Shown: positions 8,387 to 17,761 of the stretch, piece after piece
How the letters are laid out: each line of letters opens with the position of its first letter
Numbering within the stretch: position 1 is the first letter of the stretch
Assembly: GCA_016927395.1 (NCBI GenBank)
Contig: JAFGMU010000009.1
Location: forward strand, 1-49,617
Reading direction: 5' to 3'
DNA: 49,617 bases
Origin: Alphaproteobacteria bacterium
GTDB lineage: Bacteria > Pseudomonadota > Alphaproteobacteria > Rs-D84
Program-made: the position numbers and the translations under genes
Notes under the pieces: model-generated
What the model saw: the letters and a program-made list of their open reading frames with translations, nothing else
The model's database searches: none
Told to the model about the DNA's origin: nothing

Positions 8387-9472
8387 ATGAAAGTTTCAAT
8401 AGTTATACCAACATATAATGTTGAAAAATATATCGCCAGATGTCTGGATTCGGTAATAAATCAAACATTAAAAGAAATAGAAATCATAGTTGTCGATGAT
8501 AAATCGACTGATAATACATTGTCGATTGTAAGAGACTATGCATCGCGCGATAATCGTATAAAAGTCATAGAATTATTTGAAAACCAGGGTGTTTCTGTTG
8601 CCAGAAATACAGGTATTGATTTGTCGACTGGTGAATATATTGGTTTTATAGATCCTGATGATTACGTGGATTTGGATTTTTATGAAAAACTGTACACCAG
8701 GACCAAAGATTCTGATGCTGATATAATTTCAGGAAATATCATAGGTGTTATGTTTAATAACGAAGAAAGAAAATATGATTATTTAATGGAAAGATTAAGA
8801 CAATCAAAATATTGGTTTAACTATACTTTGTGGCATTCAATTTATAAATCATCATTTATAAAAGAAAATAAAATATATAACCCAGTTGGTGTTATAACCA
8901 GTCAAGATACAGTTTTTTGTATAAAATGCGCTTGCCTTGCAAACAGGATAGAAGTTGTCCCAGATACTTATTATCATTATATCCGTGTTCATGATTCTTT
9001 AAGCAGTGTTATATTATCTGAAAAGAAAATAAAATCAAAAATACAGGCAATGGAATTAATAATAGATTTTGTAAATAAACAAAATTTGCAAGAATCTGAT
9101 TATAATAGTCTTTTAATAAGTTTTTTTGAATTTATTTCAACAAATGCATTTTATAGAAATACAAAACGTGAAACAAAAATGTTGTTGGTAAATGCAACAA
9201 TTGATTTTTATAATAAATATAAATACAAAGATGCAATCAGAAAAAGGTTTAAATATATTTATCCATATTTAGAATCAAATGATGCAGATGGTTTATATAA
9301 GCATAATGAAGAGTTTAAAGATGAGGTTTTATCTTGGAAAATAAATTTATTCGGTAAAATTCCATTTATAAAAATAAAAAAATATGTTTTTGAAAATAAA
9401 GTTAGAGTTTCTTTATTTGGATTAACAATATTTATTATAAAAAAAATAAAAAAAGATAAATTCAATGGGTAG
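8387..9472 (+). CDS. family 2 glycosyltransferase
   Basis: MKVSIVIPTYNVEKYIARCLDSVINQTLKEIEIIVVDDKSTDNT and FIDPDD (DxD). Confidence 0.85.
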   Translation: MKVSIVIPTYNVEKYIARCLDSVINQTLKEIEIIVVDDKSTDNTLSIVRDYASRDNRIKVIELFENQGVSVARNTGIDLSTGEYIGFIDPDDYVDLDFYEKLYTRTKDSDADIISGNIIGVMFNNEERKYDYLMERLRQSKYWFNYTLWHSIYKSSFIKENKIYNPVGVITSQDTVFCIKCACLANRIEVVPDTYYHYIRVHDSLSSVILSEKKIKSKIQAMELIIDFVNKQNLQESDYNSLLISFFEFISTNAFYRNTKRETKMLLVNATIDFYNKYKYKDAIRKRFKYIYPYLESNDADGLYKHNEEFKDEVLSWKINLFGKIPFIKIKKYVFENKVRVSLFGLTIFIIKKIKKDKFNG

Positions 9473-9503
9473 TTTTATAAATATATAAATATAAAGGAAA
9501 AAT

Positions 9504-10889
9504 ATGAAAAAAAATAGAATTATTGTATCTCTAACTTCTTTTCCTGCTCGTATAGATGTAGTTCCGCGTGTTATAAAATCTTTGTTGTCTCAAAGTATGA
9601 AACCAGACAAGGTGGTTTTATATTTATCAAAGGATGAATTTAAAGATAAAAACCTTCCTAGCTCTATAATAGATTTGAAAAGTGACGCTTCTTTTGATAT
9701 TGTTTGGGTAAATGAAAATATTAGGTCGTATAAAAAGCTGATATATGCTTTAAGAGATTTTCCAGATGATATAATTATAACTGTTGATGATGATATAGAT
9801 TATCCAGAAGATTTAGTTAAAAATCTTATAAAAACATATAAAAAACATCCAAGAGATATTTGTATAAACAGAGTTCGCTATATAAATATAAAAAATGGTA
9901 TTATTCAACCATATAAGGAATGGGAGTTATCTGAAAAGCGTGGCTTATTTGGACCATTTTTTAAGCGCGGTTACAAAAACTTCTTTTGTGGAGCTGGTGG
10001 TGTTTTATATCCACCAAAATCATTACCATCGGAAACATTTTTAACAGATAAATTTACTTCTTTGTGTAAACACCAAGACGACGTTTGGTTTTGGGCAATG
10101 GCTGTGAAAAATAATGTAAAAATATCAGTAACCAGATTTGGTTATGATATGCGTGCCAGGACTATTAAGGATGTTCAATCAGTTGGTTTATGGCAAACCG
10201 TGAACAGCGGTGATACAAATCCGAATAATATTGCAATTGAAAATGTAATAAAAGAATATCCGGAAATTGCAAAAAAAATAGGATGTAATGAATTTGATTC
10301 TAAAAACTATTGGATTAACAGGTATGAATCTGGAAAAAACAGTGGTGCTGGTAGTTATGGTAAATTAGCCGAATTCAAAGCAGAGATTATAAATGATTTT
10401 GTAAAGTCAAATGATATAAAATCAGTTATTGAATTTGGCAGTGGTGATGGTGCCCAATTGGCTCTGGCTGAATATCCTAAGTTCTTGGGTTTCGACGTTT
10501 CAAAAAACTCTATAAATTTATGTAAGAAAAAATTTTCTAATGATAAGACTAAAAAGTTTTTATTGATGAATGAATACAAAAGTCAAAAGGCTGATTTGAC
10601 ATTGTCTTTGGATGTTATATATCATTTGGTTGAAGATGATGTTTTTGAAAGTTATATGAAAAGTTTGTTTAAAGCATCAGATAAGTTTGTTATAGTTTAT
10701 TCAAGTAATACTGATAGAAAACAATGGGTTAAACATGTAAAGCCGCGTAAGTTTACTGACTGGGTATTAAATAATGCAAAAGATTGGGAATTAATAGAAT
10801 TTATTCCAAATCGATATCCAGATGAAGAAGGTACAGGAAATAATCCAGATAAAAGTTTTGCAGATTTTTATATATTTAAGAAAAAATAA
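9504..10889 (+). CDS. bifunctional glycosyltransferase-like / SAM-dependent methyltransferase fusion
   Basis: N-terminal half IIVSLTSFPARI...TVDDDIDYP is glycosyltransferase-like with DxD. C-terminal half VIEFGSGDGAQLALA...GFDVS carries class I methyltransferase motif I. Confidence 0.65.
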   Translation: MKKNRIIVSLTSFPARIDVVPRVIKSLLSQSMKPDKVVLYLSKDEFKDKNLPSSIIDLKSDASFDIVWVNENIRSYKKLIYALRDFPDDIIITVDDDIDYPEDLVKNLIKTYKKHPRDICINRVRYINIKNGIIQPYKEWELSEKRGLFGPFFKRGYKNFFCGAGGVLYPPKSLPSETFLTDKFTSLCKHQDDVWFWAMAVKNNVKISVTRFGYDMRARTIKDVQSVGLWQTVNSGDTNPNNIAIENVIKEYPEIAKKIGCNEFDSKNYWINRYESGKNSGAGSYGKLAEFKAEIINDFVKSNDIKSVIEFGSGDGAQLALAEYPKFLGFDVSKNSINLCKKKFSNDKTKKFLLMNEYKSQKADLTLSLDVIYHLVEDDVFESYMKSLFKASDKFVIVYSSNTDRKQWVKHVKPRKFTDWVLNNAKDWELIEFIPNRYPDEEGTGNNPDKSFADFYIFKKK

Positions 10890-10916
10890 AAAAAAGCGGT
10901 TTTTAACCGCTTTTTT
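10890..10916. terminator. bidirectional terminator
   Basis: aaaaaaGCGGTTtttAACCGCtttttt between convergent genes. Confidence 0.8.
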
Positions 10917-11397
10917 ATAAGGCCCAACCTTCGACTTTCCAATATGCACGGTCAACCGTTCCTGTGTTTGCTTTCAAATCAATCCTGGTTGTTGTTCCGG
11001 CTGAACGAAGATATACTATCGCTCCACTGGTGTTGTTGATATAACCACTTAGGGTTATTGTGAAATCTGCACTTGCCATTTCTTTTGAAAAATAAACATT
11101 CACAACAGATGTTGTAAGATTGTTGATATAACCGCCTTGTTCTATCCAACCGCTTTTATATTTTCTGTACCACGAAGCATTTGTTCCCCCAGATTCAATA
11201 ACAAAATCATAAGTTTCTGGAATTGTCGTTTGTGTTGGTATTTCATCTGCACGCGCCAATTGAATTCCACCAACCGTTTCCCCATCGTGAACGAATATGG
11301 TTTTTTTATCGGTGTCCATTGTTACTTCGCCGATTGCACCGGTAAAGCTGGCATGTTCAGTCGTCGTGCCACGACGTATTTGTATTTGTCGGCTCAT
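10915..11397 (-). CDS. orphan phage tail-fibre / receptor-binding-like protein (160 aa)
   Basis: N-terminus MSRQIQIRRGTTTEHASFTGAIGEVTMDTDKKTIFVHDGETVGG is the IQ(I/L)RRGT...GE...D motif seen at the start of many phage fibre, Mtd and hyaluronidase-type proteins. SWYRKYKSGWIEQGGY resembles gp53-like fibre C-terminal domains. Confidence 0.6.
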   Translation of the reverse strand: MSRQIQIRRGTTTEHASFTGAIGEVTMDTDKKTIFVHDGETVGGIQLARADEIPTQTTIPETYDFVIESGGTNASWYRKYKSGWIEQGGYINNLTTSVVNVYFSKEMASADFTITLSGYINNTSGAIVYLRSAGTTTRIDLKANTGTVDRAYWKVEGWAL

Positions 11398-11419
11398 AAT
11401 TTTTACCTTTTGTTATAAA

Positions 11420-11444
11420 GAAAAAACCGCGGGAATCCGCGGTC
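11420..11444 (-). terminator. hairpin + T-run directly upstream of the tail-fibre-like gene
   Basis: Minus strand ACCGCGGattcCCGCGGTttttttc, about 25 nt before the SD/ATG at 11397. Confidence 0.55.
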
Positions 11445-11541
11445 TGTTTGAACATGATTATATCATAAATTACAAAAAAAATCAATACATAAATAACGTT
11501 GCTGGTTGAAAATTAAAAAATATGGGTTTATAATAAAATCG

Positions 11542-12435
11542 ATGTCACACAATTCATATATAATTGCAGGCCCGACAGCGTCGGGTAAATCTGATTTTGC
11601 ACATAACCTGGCGCGGCGCGTTAATGGGGTTGTTATCAATTGTGACAGTGTTCAAATCTATGGCGGTATTGAAAATATCAGTGCCAGTCCGCTTGCTGAA
11701 AAAAATCCAAAAGAAACAATTATTGACGGTGTGCCATACCGTTTGTTTTCAATTCTTCCATTAACCGAACAAATCACAGTTGCTGATTATTTGGAAATGG
11801 CACGCCGCGAATACGATGATGCGATAAAATCCGGCAAGACACCAATCTTTGTCGGCGGCAGTGGTTATTACATCGGTGTATTGTTAAATGGAATATCGCC
11901 GATTCCAAATGTGTCTGAACAAAACAGGGCGCGTGCCAGACAAATGGTCGAAGTTGCCCCAGATGCTGTTAAAAAATTATTACCCGAAGATTTTACCGCA
12001 ACAGACCCCCAGCGTACAGCAAGGGCATTAGAGGTTTTTCTGGAAACTGGACGACCGTTGTCCGAATGGCAGGCTTTGCCGCGTCGTGGTGCAATAAATC
12101 CAAAGCCTTTCAAAATTTTGATAAACCCACACAGGGAAATTTTATTAAAACGAATTGCAGACAGAATTCCAAAAATGTTATCCGGTGGTGCAATTGATGA
12201 AGCGCGCGAAGTTATAAAAACAGGATGGGATGAAAGTCGTGCAATCGGCGCAGGCGAGTTATGCAAATTCCTGCGTAATGAAATTGATGAAAAAACCGCA
12301 ATCGAAAATTGGATTACACGTACAAATCAATATGCAAAAAGACAGCGTACATGGTTTCGTGGCCAGTACGCTGCGGATTTTGAAATTTCACACATACCGA
12401 CAGATACGGATGTTGAAATTATTTTAAGTGAATAA
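11542..12435 (+). CDS. miaA: tRNA dimethylallyltransferase
   Basis: IIAGPTASGKS P-loop, DSVQIYGG, QYAKRQRTWFR. Start set at MSHNSY. Confidence 0.9.
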   Translation: MSHNSYIIAGPTASGKSDFAHNLARRVNGVVINCDSVQIYGGIENISASPLAEKNPKETIIDGVPYRLFSILPLTEQITVADYLEMARREYDDAIKSGKTPIFVGGSGYYIGVLLNGISPIPNVSEQNRARARQMVEVAPDAVKKLLPEDFTATDPQRTARALEVFLETGRPLSEWQALPRRGAINPKPFKILINPHREILLKRIADRIPKMLSGGAIDEAREVIKTGWDESRAIGAGELCKFLRNEIDEKTAIENWITRTNQYAKRQRTWFRGQYAADFEISHIPTDTDVEIILSE

Positions 12436-12438
12436 AAA

Positions 12439-12612
12439 TTATCTTTGATGACTAAACCCAGGTATAATTATTTGACCTGTTAGACGATCTATTGTTTTTG
12501 GGTCAACAACCATTGGTTTGGTGTCTTTATCAAGTGGTTTTATATAGATTTCGTTTGTAGAATTTTTTATCTCGGTTTTAACAGGATATGGATGAACTTT
12601 TTTATTTGACAT
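12439..12612 (-). CDS. small hypothetical protein (57 aa)
   Basis: Own translation MSNKKVHPYPVKTEIKNSTNEIYIKPLDKDTKPMVVDPKTIDRLTGQIIIPGFSHQR. It fills an otherwise empty gap. No motif recognised. Confidence 0.3.
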   Translation of the reverse strand: MSNKKVHPYPVKTEIKNSTNEIYIKPLDKDTKPMVVDPKTIDRLTGQIIIPGFSHQR

Positions 12613-12732
12613 ATTTTACTCTTTTTATTGGTTTTATTTAAAAGTGTTTTTTTAAAATATACAAATTATTAATATTTGTCAATAAATTTTTGTTGATTGA
12701 AAAAATACAAAAAAGAAGGTACGTTGTTAATC

Positions 12733-14928
12733 ATGTTTAAATCAGATGATATTGTAAAAGTTTTAATTCCAAACGTTGTGAACGTTGGGTATGACTATCG
12801 TTTGAAATCACCTGCAAATATTGGTGATTATGTTCATGTGTCCGTTATGAACAAACCCTATGTTGGTGTGATAATTGGACGTGGCGACAGTGGGTTGTCG
12901 GAATCAAAAATAAAAAATGTTGTTGCTGTCTTTGATTTTCCCGGGATGTCAAAATCTGATTTGGAATGGATTAAAAAAATGTCCGAATGGACAATGATGC
13001 CAATGGGAAATGTATTACGTTTAATTGTAAATGTTCCGGATGCTTTTGTCCCACCAAAATTGGAAAAGTTGTATTCATTTAATGATGATAAAAAAGTTCG
13101 CCAAACAGAAAATCGTCAGGCTGTTGCAGATGCATATTCCAGTAATGATAACCAACCAATGAGTGTGAATGACGTAAAAAACATCGCAAGGGTCAGTTCT
13201 GCTGTTATAAATTCAATGATAAAAAACGGGACTTTGAAAGAAACTGATTACAGAATAAAAAATACAAATAATAATTTTATTCACGATTATTCTAATACCG
13301 GTAATGTTGTTTTGAACCAAGAACAAAAATATACAGCAGACGAAATTGCAAAAAATATTAATAATGGATTTTCGGTTTTTTTATTAGATGGTATAACAGG
13401 CAGCGGAAAGACCCAGGTTTATTTTGATTCTGCATGGCGCGCGTATGAACAAGGAAAATCTGTTTTATTGATGATGCCAGAAATTGCGCTGACTGCCCAA
13501 TTTATGTCAAGATTTGAAAGCAGATTTGGTGAAAAGCCTGTTGTGTGGCACAGCAATCTGACCGCTGCAAATCGTCGTGAAATTTGGCGTGGTGTTGCAA
13601 ATGGTAAAATAAGAATGGTTGTTGGAACCCGCAGTGCTTTGTTTTTACCATGGCAGAATCTGGGATTGATTGTTGTTGATGAAGAACATGACGGTTCATA
13701 TAAACAGGTTGATATGGGAAATTATCATGCACGCGATATGGCAATTTTACGTGCTAAAATTTCTGGATTTCCAATTATTCTGGCGTCTGCAACACCCAGT
13801 GCAGAAACAATTAAAAATGTAAAATCAGGAAAATATAAAGAACTGCGATTAAAATCAAGATTTGGTGGGGCGCAAATGCCAACAATTGAAACAATCGATA
13901 TGCGCGCGGAAAAACCAGAAAAATATTCTGTTGGGCAAATTAATCATTCTGGAAATTTATCACCATCTTTGATTAATGCGATAAAAGAAACTCTGGATGA
14001 TGGTCAACAAATTATGTTGTTTATAAATCGGCGTGGCTTTGCACCGATTGTTCATTGCAAGAAATGTGGATGGACAGCCCAATGTCCAGACTGTTCAGTT
14101 GGTATGACGTATCATAAAAAAATTGGAAAGTTGCTGTGTCATATTTGTGGTCGAACTGAAAATATGTCCGATGTGTGTCCACAATGTGGTGGTGAAGTTT
14201 CAACATTTGGTGTGGGTTTGGAAAAAGTCCAGGAAGAAATAAATGCAAAATTTCCAAATGCAAAAACTGCATTGGTATCAAGCGATACTATGATGTCGCG
14301 TCAGGCATTGGAACGTTTAGTTTCTAAAATGGAATCTGGTGAAATTGATATCGTAATTGGAACACAGATTTTGGCCAAAGGTCATCATTTCCCAAATCTG
14401 ACCTTGGTTGGTGTAGTGGATAGTGATATGGGTTTGTTTGGTGCTGACTTTCGTGCTGGCGAACACACATTTCAACAGTTATTCCAGGTTGCTGGTCGCG
14501 CTGGTCGTGGTGATAAGCCGGGACGTGTTTTATTGCAAACGTTTCAACCAGAACACCCAGTAATAAAATCAATTTGTGCAGCCGATCGTGATGCATTTAT
14601 GGCCCAGGATATGGAATCGCGCAGTATTGCAAAAATGCCGCCGTATGGTCAATTAATAGCAGTTGTTGTCGAAGCACAAAAAGAAAATATTTTAAAAAAA
14701 TATTGCAGTGATTTGATTGCAAATGCACCGGAATTAAAAGGTGGAAAAATTATGGGACCAATTGCTGCCCAGCTGTATCAAATACGAAATTGGTATCGTA
14801 TGCGATTTTTGGTTGCAGGCGACGAACGCGCAAATTTACAACCTGTTGTGAAACAATGGTTAGAGCGGGTAAAACAACCGAACAATGTTCGTGTAAAAAT
14901 TGATGTTAATCCACAAAATTTTATGTGA
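12733..14928 (+). CDS. priA: primosomal protein N' (replication restart helicase)
   Basis: GITGSGKTQVY Walker A, VVDEEHD, and the cysteine cluster CKKCGW...CPDC...CHICG...CPQCG typical of PriA. The start is uncertain (12697 TTG vs 12733 ATG). Confidence 0.9.
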   Translation: MFKSDDIVKVLIPNVVNVGYDYRLKSPANIGDYVHVSVMNKPYVGVIIGRGDSGLSESKIKNVVAVFDFPGMSKSDLEWIKKMSEWTMMPMGNVLRLIVNVPDAFVPPKLEKLYSFNDDKKVRQTENRQAVADAYSSNDNQPMSVNDVKNIARVSSAVINSMIKNGTLKETDYRIKNTNNNFIHDYSNTGNVVLNQEQKYTADEIAKNINNGFSVFLLDGITGSGKTQVYFDSAWRAYEQGKSVLLMMPEIALTAQFMSRFESRFGEKPVVWHSNLTAANRREIWRGVANGKIRMVVGTRSALFLPWQNLGLIVVDEEHDGSYKQVDMGNYHARDMAILRAKISGFPIILASATPSAETIKNVKSGKYKELRLKSRFGGAQMPTIETIDMRAEKPEKYSVGQINHSGNLSPSLINAIKETLDDGQQIMLFINRRGFAPIVHCKKCGWTAQCPDCSVGMTYHKKIGKLLCHICGRTENMSDVCPQCGGEVSTFGVGLEKVQEEINAKFPNAKTALVSSDTMMSRQALERLVSKMESGEIDIVIGTQILAKGHHFPNLTLVGVVDSDMGLFGADFRAGEHTFQQLFQVAGRAGRGDKPGRVLLQTFQPEHPVIKSICAADRDAFMAQDMESRSIAKMPPYGQLIAVVVEAQKENILKKYCSDLIANAPELKGGKIMGPIAAQLYQIRNWYRMRFLVAGDERANLQPVVKQWLERVKQPNNVRVKIDVNPQNFM

Positions 14929-14930
14929 TT

Positions 14931-15335
14931 TTATTTTTGTTTTTCAGCCATACTTTTTTTTATTGCTGGCCAAATTACTTCTTCAAATTCTTTGTTTCTG
15001 GCCAATCCACGCAGATGTGGGTATTTTGCAAATATTGGATCTGTATCCCATAATTCTGTAATTTTGCGACCAGTTTCTTTTTGAAGTTTTGTAACATCAT
15101 CTTTGTTTTGATCAAAGAATTTATCCCCAGTCAAAATATGCAAAATGGTATCAAAGTCCATTTTCTGAGTAAATAAATCAGCAACCCATTTGGCAATTCT
15201 TTTGCGATCTGAATCATCAATTGCCAAAAAACCATCCTGGCGGATTGAACCGATAATCAGCATCAGCCATTTATGCAATCTGGAATCAAATTGCAAAACA
15301 TAATAACAGAAAACAGCACGACGGAACTTTTGCAT
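14931..15335 (-). CDS. hypothetical protein
   Basis: 134-aa ORF convergent with priA. No recognisable motif. Confidence 0.45.
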   Translation of the reverse strand: MQKFRRAVFCYYVLQFDSRLHKWLMLIIGSIRQDGFLAIDDSDRKRIAKWVADLFTQKMDFDTILHILTGDKFFDQNKDDVTKLQKETGRKITELWDTDPIFAKYPHLRGLARNKEFEEVIWPAIKKSMAEKQK

Positions 15336-15374
15336 GCCAACAGCATAGCATATAAAATACGGATTTTAATAAAA

Positions 15375-16334
15375 TTATACAACTTGGGTAACTGCGCGCA
15401 GACCGCCTTCGCGGGATAATTGAACTACGTGCATTTTCTGTTTCATCTCTGTTATCAACTCTTCGCGGTTATATGCTGGTTGTGTATGCAGAATTCTGTC
15501 AGCGAATGCAGCAAATGCGGCTTCAGCACTTTCTGCATGAATTGTTGTATAAAAATGGTCGTGGCCAGTTCCCATCATTTCCCACAGAACCGATGCGTTG
15601 TCAGTAGAAATTTCACCACCAATAATAACATCAGGTGTCATACGAACAACCAAATCCAACAGTCTGGCATAGTTGAAGTCGTTTGTTTGTTCAGTGCGCG
15701 ACAAAACAAAATGAACACGATTTTTCTGGGGTACAGCTATTTCACGTGCATCTTCGACAGTTATCACACGGCTGTTTTGGTCAATCAATGTCAGCATGTG
15801 ATTCAAAAAAGTTGTTTTTCCGGTTGATGTTGCACCACTGATTAATATTGGTCCACCTTCGTTTATTGCCTGCATCAATCTTTCGTATGGATCATCAGGT
15901 CTTTTTTTGCTGCGCGGTTTTATTTTTAACAGCGGGGATCCTTCTTTTAAATGATAATTTTCGAATGGAACATCGCCAACACCACCACCACGAATATTCA
16001 TGGCAATACCACCAGTTATATCACGATCATCATATTGAACGTTTGGACCAGCAATTGCTGTAAATCTGTGATTTCCAGGCAGTGTTGCATAAACAACAGG
16101 CATGCCGCGAATTGGATCAAAAGGCCGTTCATAAATATTTGCAACTGTGTGAATTAAATCCAGTAAGTATTCTTTTGAAAGCTTTTCTGATTTATATGCC
16201 ACCCACGGAACATGCGCACCATGCAATCGCATCCAAACTTCGCCAGCATGGTTTATTGCGATTTCTTCCACGAACGAAGGTTTATAAAATTCTTCGAGTG
16301 GTTTTAATAAAGATTCCAGAACGACATTTGACAT
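15375..16334 (-). CDS. virB11: VirB11-family type IV secretion ATPase (orphan)
   Basis: ILISGATSTGKTTFLN Walker A, ITVEDAREI, RMTPDVIIGGEI. Length 319 aa is typical of VirB11/TrbB. Confidence 0.8.
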   Translation of the reverse strand: MSNVVLESLLKPLEEFYKPSFVEEIAINHAGEVWMRLHGAHVPWVAYKSEKLSKEYLLDLIHTVANIYERPFDPIRGMPVVYATLPGNHRFTAIAGPNVQYDDRDITGGIAMNIRGGGVGDVPFENYHLKEGSPLLKIKPRSKKRPDDPYERLMQAINEGGPILISGATSTGKTTFLNHMLTLIDQNSRVITVEDAREIAVPQKNRVHFVLSRTEQTNDFNYARLLDLVVRMTPDVIIGGEISTDNASVLWEMMGTGHDHFYTTIHAESAEAAFAAFADRILHTQPAYNREELITEMKQKMHVVQLSREGGLRAVTQVV

Positions 16335-16411
16335 TTATATAAATTCTATCATAAATCGCCGCTTGAATCAAAATGCTTTATTTGATAGAATTTACGTAAG
16401 AGGTTGGGAAT

Positions 16412-16975
16412 ATGAAGAAATTTTTTGCTATTTGTTTATTGCCTTTGGCTTTTGCCGCTTGCACAGAAACAACAAGAGATGCCCCGTATAACGAGGCTGA
16501 TTTTGCCCAGGGTGGTTCAGATGCACCACTGTATAACGAAAGAACAAGTCAGTTTATGCAGTCTGATAATCAATACGCAAACATAGACTCGTCCAAGCCC
16601 AAGACAGATGCAGATAAAGAAAAAAATCAAAATAAATGGAATACCGCCAGAATGGAAACCAGATGGCAAGAATACAAAGGAACAATGGTTCGAATTCAAA
16701 TCTTGCTGGGCAACAGCGATATGCGCGAAATGCGTTTAAGACTGGTTCAAAATGCTGATGGAATGGACGTTGATGGTGATGCTAGAACAATTTTATCCAA
16801 GGTAGCTGATTTTGAAATGAAACGTGTTTGTGGCAGAAATGCAGATAGTATTGTTATGGTTTATGATAAACCTTCGTTTGATTCTATGCGCCCAACACCA
16901 TATTTTGATTACCGTATAGAAGCTGATGGTGTAACCATGCGCGAATACGGTTTCCGTTGCGTGTACAGAAAATAA
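16412..16975 (+). CDS. lipoprotein, unknown function
   Basis: MKKFFAICLLPLAFAACTE lipobox. Confidence 0.65.
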   Translation: MKKFFAICLLPLAFAACTETTRDAPYNEADFAQGGSDAPLYNERTSQFMQSDNQYANIDSSKPKTDADKEKNQNKWNTARMETRWQEYKGTMVRIQILLGNSDMREMRLRLVQNADGMDVDGDARTILSKVADFEMKRVCGRNADSIVMVYDKPSFDSMRPTPYFDYRIEADGVTMREYGFRCVYRK

Positions 16976-17003
16976 TCTTAATTTAAAAATAAAAGGATAA
17001 AAA

Positions 17004-17333
17004 ATGAAAAAATTCATGTCTGTTTTTGCTGTTATTGGAAGTTTATTTGTTGGTGCATGCGATGCTTCGGATTCTGCAAAAAAAGGTGATACTGTTGTAA
17101 TTGATTTTGCAGGTTTTTTGAATGGTGAACAATTCGAAGGTGGAACAGCAAAATCATTTCCATTAAAATTAGGTAGCGGGACTTTTGTGCCAGGTTTCGA
17201 AGATCAATTAATTGGTGCCAAAAAAGGCGAAGAACGCAATGTAAACGTAACATTCCCAAAACAGTATTATCCAAATTTGGCGGGTAAAGATGTCGTGTTC
17301 AAAGTAAAAGTAATTGATATTGTAAAAGAATAA
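17004..17333 (+). CDS. FKBP-type peptidyl-prolyl isomerase (trigger-factor-like PPIase domain) with a lipoprotein-type signal
   Basis: [50 protein letters not shown]...FPKQY...[12 protein letters not shown] matches the trigger factor PPIase core. N-terminus [19 protein letters not shown]. Confidence 0.75.
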   Translation: MKKFMSVFAVIGSLFVGACDASDSAKKGDTVVIDFAGFLNGEQFEGGTAKSFPLKLGSGTFVPGFEDQLIGAKKGEERNVNVTFPKQYYPNLAGKDVVFKVKVIDIVKE

Positions 17334-17356
17334 AAAAATCGCCAAATTGGCGGTTT

Positions 17357-17758
17357 TTATTTTAATAATTTTTTTTTCTTAGCAATCGTTATTGGAATAA
17401 TCGCAATAAACAGAATTACAAATGTCCATAAATTTCCAGTTATTATGTTATACTGGGAAAATATTTCATATGCAGTTTTATGTCCCAGGATACCAATTAA
17501 TATTTCAAAAAATACGGTTGCGGTTGCCCAATAAATACCCATTTTTACAAATGTTTCCTTTGATGCCTTACCCAATTTTGGAATAAAAATATACGACATC
17601 AAAAATATCATTGTGCCCAGAATAACTGCGCTGATTGGCAATCCGATTTTTCCAAAATTTGGAATTAAAACAAATTCACGCAGACCACCATTTATAAAAG
17701 CCAGTGGAATTATTCCCAGCCATATAAGAAAAGATTTTGCGATAATTTTATTATTCAT
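17357..17758 (-). CDS. integral membrane protein (4 TM)
   Basis: 133 aa, hydrophobic throughout. Confidence 0.6.
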   Translation of the reverse strand: MNNKIIAKSFLIWLGIIPLAFINGGLREFVLIPNFGKIGLPISAVILGTMIFLMSYIFIPKLGKASKETFVKMGIYWATATVFFEILIGILGHKTAYEIFSQYNIITGNLWTFVILFIAIIPITIAKKKKLLK

Positions 17759-17761
17759 TTT

